A DNA stretch of 57,493 nucleotides, filler included, from Sphacelaria rigidula (GCA_964200075.2; 4 parts of 4 records of this genome joined end to end with filler, not necessarily neighbours in it); one strand, 5' to 3'; counted from the first letter of the whole stretch, positions 1 to 10,460 are shown. Translations and numbers: made by a program. The notes: generated from the sequence alone by a model not told the origin.

Positions 1-74
1 TTTTTTCCACCCCCCCCCCGCAACCCAATAGGCTAGATTGTGTTGGTTTATATTCTTTTTATGGGCCCGTCGCC

Positions 75-530
75 GGACCGCCCCCCCCCCCCCCCCCCCC
101 CCCAAAGCGGAAAACACCTTATTTTTGTGTATCTGGGCTTGTCGCGGCTTAGTATTACGCGCAAAGGCAAGCACGTAACTCGGCGACCTAGGTTGGGTGT
201 GTGGGAAGCGCGCGCAAGAAACCACAGTCCAATCCTCCGCTTCGTTGCCGAGATGTTAGGGTTGCGCGATCTGCACGACAACACACTGCAACAAGAGGGG
301 CACACACAGCACCACGAGCAGCAGTTTTTTTCTTCCTACTGTTGTAACCCTGTGCGCAGGTGTACTACATGTTGTATGAGCGTGGTTATCATTTCGAGGT
401 GACGCATGTATTTTTGATTGATATGATTGGCCCAGTTACGGTCCAATTATTACGCATATAGCGTTCGGGGTACAATTTTCCCCCTAAACATGGTACCCAA
501 ACTCGGCCCCCACTCTCACCCATAACTGTG
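75..530 (+). repeat. Dispersed ~450-bp repeat, copy A (direct repeat with 5051-5490)
   Basis: Colinear similarity with 5051-5490, e.g. GCGGCTTAGTATTACGCGCAAA / GCGGCTTAGTATCACGCGCAAA, TTGGGTGTGTGGGAAGCGC, TTGCCGAGAT, AAACTCGGCCCCCA...CACCCATAACTGT. The copies are clearly diverged and have no TG...CA termini. Confidence 0.85.
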
Positions 531-549
531 GTCTTTTCTTCCCCTCAAT

Positions 550-3500
550 GATTGGATACGGGCGTTGTACTGAAGGTAAGTCAAGTGAGCCCTGGCGTCC
601 TGGTATTTTTATGGTTGTCCAACTTCTTTGGAATGGCTTACGTCACGGCATGGATAAAATCCCGTCAAACCTTCTGTAGTGGATTCGTCATGGTCCACAT
701 ATCCTGTGTATACTTTTTTTCGTTCCACCAGACGACGTAGCGCAGGAAAGGTTGGGATTTTGTGCCAACACAGCCGTATCCCAGGCGTTGTTGCCTACGC
801 ACACTCTGTACTAGAGTCAAGTTGAGTGAGATTCGGGGGCGTTGTGTCCAATACGTCTTCGGACTTCAAATATAGTGCTGGGTTGACGAGGTTTGATTGA
901 AGTCGTCGAAGTATTTGCAATAGAGCGCTAATCCCAACGTTATGCACCTCGCCTTGGGGGCGCAGGGAGCATTGTTAGGGGTGCGAATAGGGTTAGGGTT
1001 AGCCCCCCGAAGAGTGTTTGGGCTGTTTGACAACATTTCTTTAACCATAGACAACTAAGCTCTTCTTCCGTTTTTCTGAAATGTGTTCACCCGATTTTAG
1101 ACTGCGCCATTCTAATTGGACGTGCGTGAGTGACAGCTACGCCCTCCTTATCCTGAAGCTGAAGATGTCTGCTCACCGCTGACAGAGAGGGGGCCATAAC
1201 CTTTTCCCTATAAATCGTTTCAAAGCGTACCCTGAACACCTCAAATTCAGTCGTTTTCCGGGTTCAGATGTGAGCGCATGCCGTGCCGTGACAAGGAGGT
1301 TATCGGCCCCTAGATATATAAGCACATAAGACAATTAATATTCGCCCGAATCGCACACGTCGACGAGGAGCGTTGGTTAGGCAAAGTCGACACCTCGCAG
1401 GAGGCTCGCGCCCAACCCATCCGGCATCAATGCAACCAAATAAAACCCCCACAGACGAGAGGGGGCTAGGGGAAACGCCGGACGATACGTTCGAGCCGGA
1501 GAAACTTTTGTCCCGCTACGTGCTTGTGTCGATACGTAATGCACTCCGAGAACTTATCACGAACAAAACGCTTCCGCTTGTGTTCCCAGCGGCACAGGGC
1601 ACCCATGCTGGAGGGCCTGGCTGTGTACACGAACAGATGACACTATCGTGACTCTGTTTTGCCCTCATGTAAGTTATCTTGAGTGTGTCGTACAGTCGTT
1701 TTGGGGCGTGCCGTCTGTACAGCACCTACCCGCTACAGGGCTAAGCTGACTTGTTGATTGAGATATCATGTCACAGCAAGTGACACCCGTCGGGCGCATC
1801 AGATGTTGCATGGTCATCTATTTTACTTGAAATATGAATGAATGGTCCAGGTGCCGCACGCTGCCGGTCGAATGCTTCCTTCATTTCGATGCCGGTAGGA
1901 TGGTGTCACGCTCTCTCGACGCTTGGTATCGTGTTATTCTTGCCGGTACTCATTAACGAAGGTAAGACACACGAGGGTAAGGGGAAAGAGGAAACAACTC
2001 GTGACATGGAATCGTACATCGTTGTACAATGCTCGGGCACAACAGTAATGGGCTCCAGAAACTGTGCGGGCTTCGTACACCTCCACGCCCCTGACAGCAT
2101 GGGCTCACACCTCTCATGTCCAACTAAATGCCTGTAACCCTTTGACCGCCGGGGTGGACACCCTTCATCTCACGTTCAATATTCGAGTGGAGATGATGCT
2201 GGTTCAGCAGAAGACACAGACAGGATCCCACGACCCTCCGACACACCGGCTGTATGAACATGAAGGAGATCATGTCACCACTTGGTAGCAAGGCTCTTCA
2301 AAGAACGATCTTGAGATAACCTTAAACCTGACCCTGGGCCTACTCCAACCAAGGCACGTGAAATCTCTCGGACCAGGGGACTGCAAAGTATACCGTAGGC
2401 GGAGAGTTGCATGGGTAGACCTCAATTACCTCATATCGGCGCCGATGTAGACAAACACAGATCTTTACGCATGCTGGGAGCACGTTGGACTGTAAGCACC
2501 TCCGACGATCCGAATTTCAACTCTTGACACTCAAATCGAGTAAAAATATTATTGAAAACTGTCATTCCACCAAGTGATATCTACTGAATTGAGTATATCA
2601 CAGTTGGCCGCAACGTTACGCGGGGAGCACATTTTCTCTTCGCAGGGATTGTTCAGACGATAGCAACACGTGATTGTACTGGCGGGGCGCGCTTGTATCA
2701 CAGCAGCCCGCGCACCGTCGTCCTCTACATCTTTGTGCAGCAAGAAGCGCTCCAGCCTCGTGGTGGACAAGACATGCACGCAGAGGAACACTGATCGAAC
2801 AAAAAATGAAACCTGCCGAATTGCTTTTATTTTTTGAATGCATTCATACGCCACAAACCCTCAGACTCCCCGATCAACGGATTGTCTGAACTTGCGGACA
2901 TTACAATTGTAAGTGCGGGAAGCACATTTTATATATGGCGTAGAAATCGTGGAAATGATAGAGACACGCGGTTGCACAGGTAGGGCACACCTTGGTCACG
3001 GCACGCCGCGCGTCGATGTCCTCTGTGTCTCTCTGCACCAAAAGTCTAAGCCATCCCCTATGCTCACGAACTCCGCACGCCTCACCACTTGACGTCTTGT
3101 ATCGCTTGGATGGTTTTATAATGGTTAGGTGAGAGCATGTCGTGCGCAAAACAGTTCTTACCGTGTCAGCGCTTCCCAAGATTTCATTCAGCAAACCCGA
3201 GGTTTGGTGGGCTGAACGTTAGCCAGCGGACAAAACACGCTGGGTAGCTGGAAATGATTCAGCACAGCACTCACAGCAGTCCACACGGGGAATCATTGGC
3301 GATCATCCGTGCAAACGACCGGATCGCGCTCTACTAGCCTTACGTGTGCACGCCGTCTCAGCTTTCGAAAGTAACCGTAACACCTTCCCTGCTGGGAATC
3401 AACACTCTCAAGCGTCATGTACTGGGTGTGCTAGTAGTCGTTATTTTTCGGCCTTCACGATACACTTATTTTGGATGGCATGCACACAAAAGAAATGGGA

Positions 3501-4500
3501 CGGTCAAAGTTGGCGTCTTGGCTTACCGTTGATTGAGATTTGTGATCCTTCATGGGAGATCCAGCCCACTGATGGGCGTCCGCAGCTGCACTGCCCAATG
3601 ATGGCATGAGCACCTCTGCACGTGACACGGCGGAAGCACAGTGGGGCGGTGGTTCAGCGGCGACGGGTTTCTCGTCCAGCCAAGATGATGGGGAAGACAC
3701 AGTGACACCCGAGAGTCGGATATCACAGTTACAGCACCTAAACTGCTGGCCTTTCGAGCTGTTAAGGCGCAGTCTCCATCATTTGGCATCAAGCCCCTGT
3801 GCTGGCGGTAAAGCACTGCTAGCACAGTGCACCACGCGAAAAAAATAACAGAAGGTCTAAGACATGCTCACTTCAGGATGTGTATGTCCTAAGAACATAG
3901 AAGAACTGTTCCCTCTAGGACGTGAGTGCCCAACACGCGTGGGGTACGTGTTCACTCTGCAAGGATTTCCTCGAATATGTGCAGGTATCCTCTTGGTTTG
4001 AAACAACTTTTCGCAACATGGTGAGATACTTGCCACTTGAGAACGCGTTCCTGCTACTTTGTCAGATATTTCTGAGCTTAAAACGAGTTACCTGGACGCT
4101 GTTGAACATCTGCCGCCTTGGAGCAATGCTCTTGCACGCCTTTTCAAAACTTTTTGAAGTCACAACATGTTTTCTCCAAAGCAGTTCTAGAAACAACGGT
4201 GTCTACAGTAACGATAATATTTCTACGCTATTTAGGATGTTTGCACCCATCGTGTACAGCTATGATGCATTCACCAGGTTCAAAATGTACTGTCCTGAGA
4301 TTCATTGTGCCCCTCAACCATCCCGTGTCCCGCTCAACTTTTGGCGCTTCCCTGACATGACACTTCGGTTCGGAGAAGAGAAGCGTGTAATCACCGTGCG
4401 GATCATGTGGACACAATACGAGCAGTACCCGAATTCCTGTGTAAAAGCTGTTCCACAAAAGGCAAATATCGATTTGCAGGCCACGTGGAAACTCAAAGAG
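550..4500 (-). pseudogene. Decayed coding-like region (probable transposon or viral remnant), product unidentified
   Basis: Minus-strand frames give protein-like text broken by stops (e.g. GECIIAVHDGCKHPK*RRNIIVTVDTVVSRTALEKTCCDFKKF*KGVQEHCSK). It also holds a duplicated Cys-containing module at 2620-2790 and 2915-3090. No family motif recognised. Confidence 0.3.
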
Positions 4501-4543
4501 TATAATACTGTCATGGGTGGGAATGGGGGGCCTGAGGACAAAA

Positions 4544-4793
4544 GAGTCATGCTACGATAGGGGGGGTGTTTGATTCCACGAATAAATGGGCTCATTGGTG
4601 CGTCAAACGGCCTAAAATGCTTGTGTTGCGCTCGTGTTGAGGTAAAAGCGGTGTCAAGTAGTATGCATGAGCGCTATTTATCGAGAGCAAGCGCGTTCGA
4701 ACAACCGTTGGCTGCTTTCAACGACGAGTGAGGTAGACTTTCGTGGAAGAAAACGGCCCAAAATACCCCCCCCCCCCTATCGTAGCATCAACC
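4544..4793. mobile_element. MITE (~250 bp), TIR GAGTCATGCTACGATAGGGG / CCCTATCGTAGCATCAACC
   Basis: Terminal inverted repeats are visible, and a second copy lies in the opposite orientation at 29264-29519. No clear TSD. Confidence 0.8.
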
Positions 4794-5050
4794 TTCGGCA
4801 AACTAAAAATAAGAAAAAACTCGGAGGAATAATGAACACGTCAGTAGGTAGTCGCACCTGTGCCGAGGCGTTTACGAACAGAACACACGCTCCATCAACT
4901 ATTAAGTTTGTTGGTATGGAACAACTGTAGCACTTGAGATCGCGCGGTTCTCGACACAAGAAGCAAGCCGGCCCACGGCACCTCACAGCCTCCCGCATAC
5001 ACACAACAGCCAGGGAATTTGGCTACACATTTTGCTCAAGTCGCGACAGC

Positions 5051-5490
5051 GGACCGGAGAACCCCCCCAACACAATATTTTCGTATGTTTGGGTGTGTTG
5101 CGGCTTAGTATCACGCGCAAACGCCAAAATGTAATTCGGGGACCTAGCTTGGGTGTGTGGGAAGCGCACGCAAGTAACCGCATTCCAACCCTCCGCTGCG
5201 TTGCCGAGATATAAGCGTTGCGCGATCGGCACAACAACACGAGCAGCAGCTTTTGTCCTCCTGTTGTGACCCTGTGCACGGGTGTACAGAAACGTGAGTC
5301 ATGGGTTTGCTGTACAATGCACTAGAATATGATAGTACATCTTATGTGAGCATGGTCGTCATTTCAAGGTGACGCGTGTATATTGATATGATTCGCCTGA
5401 TTGCCATCTAGTCCTTACGCATACAGCGTTCGGGGACCAATTTCCCGAAATATAGTGCCCGAAACTCGGCCCCCATTCCCACCCATAACT
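5051..5490 (+). repeat. Dispersed ~450-bp repeat, copy B
   Basis: Colinear with 75-530 (see copy A). Confidence 0.85.
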
Positions 5491-6311
5491 GTTGTTCCGG
5501 ATGATCACTGACTTTTATCAGCTTGTAATTTTTGAGAGGAATGCCCGCAGGCATACATTAGTAATATGAAATATATATGCATACGGGACGTAATGCCCGC
5601 GCGTATGCATTGAGATTCAGCCATTTCGTGTTTTCTCCGACACTTGTGCATGTATCGGATATAACACGACTATTGGAGTAACTGGCTTTCGAGGGTCACG
5701 TGAAGCGCTGTCGAGGAAAGAGGGCAGCTCTGTTCTATTTTCGGTTGTCACCTAGAACGAGATCGGAGCGGATTGGTAGTTCGAAAGCCCATCAGGTACC
5801 CACGAGTTCAGAGTGTTTTCCCCAAAGGTGTACAAATGTTTGTGAACACGGAACAACTTTCCCTAACGTCGTCAGGCATGCCGAAAGTGAAATGCAACCT
5901 TCTGATGCGTTGGCAGGTGTTGTGCAAGCCTGGATATCTGTGATTTGGCATGCCTCATCCTGCCAGGTCGCGTTTTCACTGTGAAGCATGATTTAGCGTT
6001 GGAATTTCGGCCAAGTGTTTCTGCAACACAGGCATTCACGTTTCTACTATACCGGTCCCATACCTGCCTCCAATGCGTACTACCGTAGTGTCGACGACGT
6101 CCTCACCCGCCGAATACCCTTGGACAGTAAGTTGGTATGGATCGGTGTGTATTGAGTGTCATCTTATAAATATTGGATGCAGGGGTCTCGTGCTCTTCTG
6201 AAGTATGCGCAGTAAATGCAAAGACATTGTTTCTTCAAACCAACTTGACACGTTTCCAGCTGTAGCTCACGAACAGCTTTCCGGCGTTTTTGCGATCGAG
6301 CTGCTGGCAGA

Positions 6312-8705
6312 GTGTGGTTCCCGAAGGAGGTTGACGCGAAGGGGGAGCTGACGGCCGACGTCACGACGATATATTGCTTCCACGAGGACTGCTCCACGGG
6401 GTCATCGTACGGTCTACAAGCCTACAAGCCGAAGTTGTACTTTCAGCACGCCAGGTCAGGAATGGTGGATGTGGTGAAGGAGAGATGCGGCGACAAGGGC
6501 TGTGTCAAGCGACCGTCGTATGGTATAGGTGGAAGCCAGACAGCGGAGTTCTGCTTCGAGCACGCTGGGGCGGGAATGATGGACGTGGTGAACAAGAGGT
6601 GCAGTAATGAGGGCTGTGTGAAGTACCCATCGCATGGTGTAGCAGGAAGCAAGAAGGCGGAGTTCTGCTTACAGCACGCCAGGACGGGAATGGTAGACGT
6701 GCTACACAAGAGGTGCGGCGACGAGGGCTGTCTCAAGCAACCGTCGTTTGGTGTATCAGGAAGCAAGAAGGCAGAGTTCTGCTCAAAGCACGCCAGGACC
6801 GGAATGGTAAATGTGGCGAAGAAGAGGTGTGGCGACGAGTGCTGTCTCAAGCAACCGTCATTTGGTGTGGCAGGAAGCAAGAAGGCGGAGTTCTGCTCAG
6901 AGCACGCCAGGGCGGGAATGGTAGACGTGGTGAAGAAGAGGTGCGGCGACGAGGGCTGTATCACGCGACCGTCGTATGGTGTAGTAGGAAGCAAGAAGGC
7001 GGAGTTCTGCTTTGAGCACGCCAAGGCGGGAATGGTGAATGTGAGGAAGACGAGATGCGGCGATGAGGGCTGTCTGAAGTGCCCGTCGTATGGTGGAGCA
7101 GGAAGTAAGAAGGCGGAGTTCTGCTTTGAGCACGCCAAGACAGGGATAATAAATGTGGCGAAGAAAAGGTGTGGCGACGAGGGCTGTCTGAAGTACCCAT
7201 CGCATGGTGTAGCAGAAAGCAAGAAGGCGGAGTTCTGCTCAAAGCACGCGAGGGCCGGAATGGTAAATGTGAGGAACAAGAGTTGCGGTATTGAGGGCTG
7301 TCTGAAGCAACCGTCATTTGGTGCGGCAGGAGACAAGAAGGCGGAGTTCTGCTCAGAGCACGCCAGGGCGGGAATGGTAAATGTGGTGAAGAAGAGGTGC
7401 GGCGACGAGGGCTGTGTCACGCGACCGTCGTATGGTGTAGTAGGAAGCAAAGAGGCGGAGTTCTGCTTTGAGCACGCCAGGGCGGGAATGGTGAACGTGA
7501 GGAACAAGAGTTGCGGCAATGAGGACTGTATCATGCGACCGTCTTTTGGTGTAGCGGGAAGCAAGAAGGCGGAGTTCTGCGCTAAGCACGCCAGGGCGGG
7601 AATGGTGAACGTGAAGAAGATGAGGTGTAGCGATGAGGGTTGTGTCACGCGACCGTCGTATGGTGTAGCAGGAAGCAAGAAGGCGGAGTTTTGCGCTGAG
7701 CACGCCAGGGAGGGAATGGTAAATGTGGCGAACAAGAGTTGTGGCGACGAGGGCTGTCTCAAGTTCCCATCATTTGGTGTAGAAGGAAACAAGAAGGCGG
7801 AGTTCTGCGCTAAGCACGCCAGGGCGGGAATGGTAAATGTGGTGAACAAGAGGTGCGGCGACGAGGGCTGTCTCAAGTCCCCATCATTTGGTGCAGCAGG
7901 AAGCAAGAAGGCCGAGTTCTGCGCTAAGCACACCAGGGCGGGAATGGTGAATGTGAAAAAGAGGTGCGGCGATGAGGGCCTCCTCAAGTACCCATCAGTT
8001 GATGCAGCAGGAAGAAAGAAGGCGGATCTCTGCTCAGAGCACACCAGTGGAGGAAGGGTTGGCGCAGAACGTGTTAATTTCGGCAAGAAGGGGCGCTCCG
8101 AGCTCGGTACCTCCGAGAAGCACAACCTCGTTGAGGCCCAGTTCTGTCGACAGCATGCTACTAGAGACAACGCAATTGCAGTTTGCGACACCCCAGAACT
8201 CAAGACCAGGGTGGCCACATCCGGCCGCAGCCCGACGGAGGATGGTGGAGGAAGAGTTGCTGACGTACGAGGAATGAAACGTGACCACGCAGCTTGCTTG
8301 GGCTCTGGTTCAAATGCCGTTGTCGGCACTCGCCGTAGTGTGTGCCCCAGTCCAGGGCGGGATGGTGCAACGCTACCGCTGCTCTCAGCACGGATACCCT
8401 CAGGGTTTGATGGCAAGGTGTCGTCAGAGGCAAGGGCAGTGGCAGGAATAAAGGTGGAGCCGGCCGTCCCTTCTTCAGCGCACTGTGGCACTTGGGCCAG
8501 AGGTTGTGAGGAACAGGCTTCCAACTCAAGTGGTACGGGAAATGTAGGTGGTGGTAGTAGCTCCAGTAGCAGCAGTAGCGGTGTAGGTACGAGGTGGCTC
8601 CATGAGTCGTCGGCAGTGGGGTCTTGGTGCCTTGGCGTGTTTGATAGTGTGCAAGCTGAAGAGGCTATGAATTCGAACGTAAAGTTGGAGTTCGGGGGTG
8701 TCTAA
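6312..8705 (+). CDS. EsV-1-7 cysteine-rich repeat protein (tandem C-x4-C-x16-C-x2-H putative zinc-binding repeats) with a Ser/Gly-rich C-terminal tail
   Basis: 797-codon uninterrupted frame. It has 13 canonical repeats of 38 aa (last one 37 aa), consensus KKRCGDEGCxxxPS(Y/F/H)GVAGSKKAEFCxxHARAGMV(N/D)V, plus degenerate flanking repeats. This matches the EsV-1-7 domain of Ectocarpus virus and brown algae (IMMEDIATE UPRIGHT family). The 5' end is uncertain: the frame opens at GTG 6312, the first ATG is at 6462, and an upstream exon is possible. Confidence 0.92.
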   Translation: MWFPKEVDAKGELTADVTTIYCFHEDCSTGSSYGLQAYKPKLYFQHARSGMVDVVKERCGDKGCVKRPSYGIGGSQTAEFCFEHAGAGMMDVVNKRCSNEGCVKYPSHGVAGSKKAEFCLQHARTGMVDVLHKRCGDEGCLKQPSFGVSGSKKAEFCSKHARTGMVNVAKKRCGDECCLKQPSFGVAGSKKAEFCSEHARAGMVDVVKKRCGDEGCITRPSYGVVGSKKAEFCFEHAKAGMVNVRKTRCGDEGCLKCPSYGGAGSKKAEFCFEHAKTGIINVAKKRCGDEGCLKYPSHGVAESKKAEFCSKHARAGMVNVRNKSCGIEGCLKQPSFGAAGDKKAEFCSEHARAGMVNVVKKRCGDEGCVTRPSYGVVGSKEAEFCFEHARAGMVNVRNKSCGNEDCIMRPSFGVAGSKKAEFCAKHARAGMVNVKKMRCSDEGCVTRPSYGVAGSKKAEFCAEHAREGMVNVANKSCGDEGCLKFPSFGVEGNKKAEFCAKHARAGMVNVVNKRCGDEGCLKSPSFGAAGSKKAEFCAKHTRAGMVNVKKRCGDEGLLKYPSVDAAGRKKADLCSEHTSGGRVGAERVNFGKKGRSELGTSEKHNLVEAQFCRQHATRDNAIAVCDTPELKTRVATSGRSPTEDGGGRVADVRGMKRDHAACLGSGSNAVVGTRRSVCPSPGRDGATLPLLSARIPSGFDGKVSSEARAVAGIKVEPAVPSSAHCGTWARGCEEQASNSSGTGNVGGGSSSSSSSSGVGTRWLHESSAVGSWCLGVFDSVQAEEAMNSNVKLEFGGV
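6477..8069 (+). repeat. Coding tandem repeat, 114-bp unit, ~14 copies
   Basis: AAGAAGGCGGAGTTCTGC and GGGAATGGT recur at 114-bp spacing. Confidence 0.95.
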
Positions 8706-9611
8706 TCTCCCTCCTTGGGCGTCCGACGGGTGATGGATAATGCTACTGGTCATGAGTTTCACGTCTAGATTCGGCGCGGCGTAATCGGGCGTACGCTGGG
8801 ATGCACCAGCGGTAGTTTATACGAGGAGCGGTCGGTAAAGATTTTTCTTCTTTGTTGATGCACGGGTGTCGTGTGGTTGTGGGGACCAGATATCCGACGC
8901 CAAAATTCCACGAATATCTCGTTGGTAGGTGGAGATAGGTACGATGGCCACATGTTGGACGCGTTGATGAAAGTGGATGTAGTGTAGCAGTCGGCCCCCC
9001 GAGGAACCATGGCACTGCTGGTGGACTTACTATTCGTATTGCAATCTTGTCCAACTTTCTCTTGATGATGTAGTGAGTATTTTCAGTCTCGCATAGTAAG
9101 TTCGAGAACTGAGACAGGAAGCTGGAGAGATGTCTGGCATTCGTCACGCTCGATCTGTTTGTGCCAGCATCAGTGTCCTCATCCAATTACACGTGAAATT
9201 GTTTATTAGCCAGTTGATTGCCGCAAGCGGGTGATCACAGCAAGATCCAGTCGGAGTGGCAAAGAAGACGTGCCTATGCGAAGCAAAACGGAAACACCCG
9301 CCGGAAAGCCGAGCCGGAAAACTTGGATCTAAAGAAATTCCAATTTTCAAACTGGTTGTTCTCAGGCTATTCCAGATTCGGCATTAGAATTCTGTGACAG
9401 AAAGCACTGTCGTTTTCTTTGGAATACCTCTAAAAAAACGAGCAGAACGTTTTGAAAAACTGCTGAAAAATGACCCCAATATCTTGAGTACAGGGTGGTA
9501 CACTCAGCACCAGACAACTCTGCAGTGGTATATGAAGTGCAGAGTACTACACTCAACACCAGACAAGGCAGTTCTGCAGTACTTTTTATTTTCAGAACCT
9601 GAACACCGACC

Positions 9612-9705
9612 TTCTGTGTGTGTGACCCCGGCTGGTGCGCCAACATATACCAAAAGCTCTAGACCGGCGTCCAGAATAGATGGGACGACAACACACACAC
9701 GCACA
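9612..9705 (+). repeat. 3' fragment of the tRNA-derived SINE family (full copy at 53976-54367)
   Basis: TGTGTGACCCCGGCTGGTGCGCCAACATATAC...GGCGTCCAGAATAGATGGG...ACACACAC matches 54271-54367. Confidence 0.7.
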
Positions 9706-10189
9706 GTGTACAAACAAATGCCGCACAGCAGACAGCAGACAACTTTTAGTCTGCCGATGTGGCGGGGGGGGGGGGGGTTGCTCTATTGCAGCGGAAGATT
9801 CGAGGCGAGAATATCACCATCAAACCTAAGAACAAAGGAAAGAGGCAGATGCCCCAACAGCAGCGGCCCAAAGTGGAGATGAGTGACGACTGCCGGCAAC
9901 GGAGCGCATACTACTGACAGCCCAGAGCGGAAGGAGAAGGAGGAGGAGATCGTTGATCGGGGGTGGGGATGGGGTAATGGGCAGAGACGATGGGTTCGTA
10001 CCATCAGTCGGGGTGAGCCGCACGCAGCATGGTCTTACTCTGTGATGTTTATGGTCTGCCGTGCTTTCGTCGTTCGGATGGGATATCAGCCCGTACATGT
10101 TGACATACCATGCTTTTCTTCGTCACATTGCAGTTTTGAGCACGTGTTCTTCGAAGTGAGTGAAACTTAGTACACCCTTGATTACATCA

Positions 10190-10460
10190 CGGCCAGCGAT
10201 ATGTTGGTCTTGCGTGCGGGGCGCACTGCGGCCAACACCACGCATCAACACCGATAGCTCCGTGGACTAGTGCCGAGATAGTCCCCCCACAAAAGTGCAC
10301 CGAGGACCGTCCGACAAACCGGCTGCGATCCCACTATTTGGCTTGTTTGCAGCGATTTCGCCCACACGAGAGGCATGTAGCAGTCCGAAATCAGCTATAA
10401 CGCCCAAATAAGTCGCGTCGTGCAGCACCAAGCCAGCTCTAACGGCGTTTGTGATCATCG
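10190..10460 (-). pseudogene. Degenerate tyrosine recombinase fragment (DIRS/Ngaro/Crypton-type element)
   Basis: Translation YLGVIADFGLLHASRVGEIAA resembles the YR box I pattern (hydrophobic helix, then R-x-G/S-E). After a stop and frame change comes RKTN, resembling the catalytic-Lys (SKT) region. Box II (HxxR...Y) was not found. Confidence 0.45.

Noticed and set aside
974-1002. TTAGGG telomere-like motifs
   Set aside because: Only two or three imperfect copies, internal to the contig.
3922-4560. 212-aa plus-strand ORF as a gene
   Set aside because: No recognisable motif; it runs into a MITE, and the opposite strand looks more protein-like, so it is probably a shadow.
6477-8069. Regular repeat array as a possible CRISPR
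   Set aside because: Units are 114-bp in-frame coding repeats with no unique spacers and no cas genes; the context is eukaryotic.
6443-8524. 693-aa minus-strand ORF
   Set aside because: Antisense shadow of the repetitive EsV-1-7 coding sequence; the recognisable domain is on the + strand.
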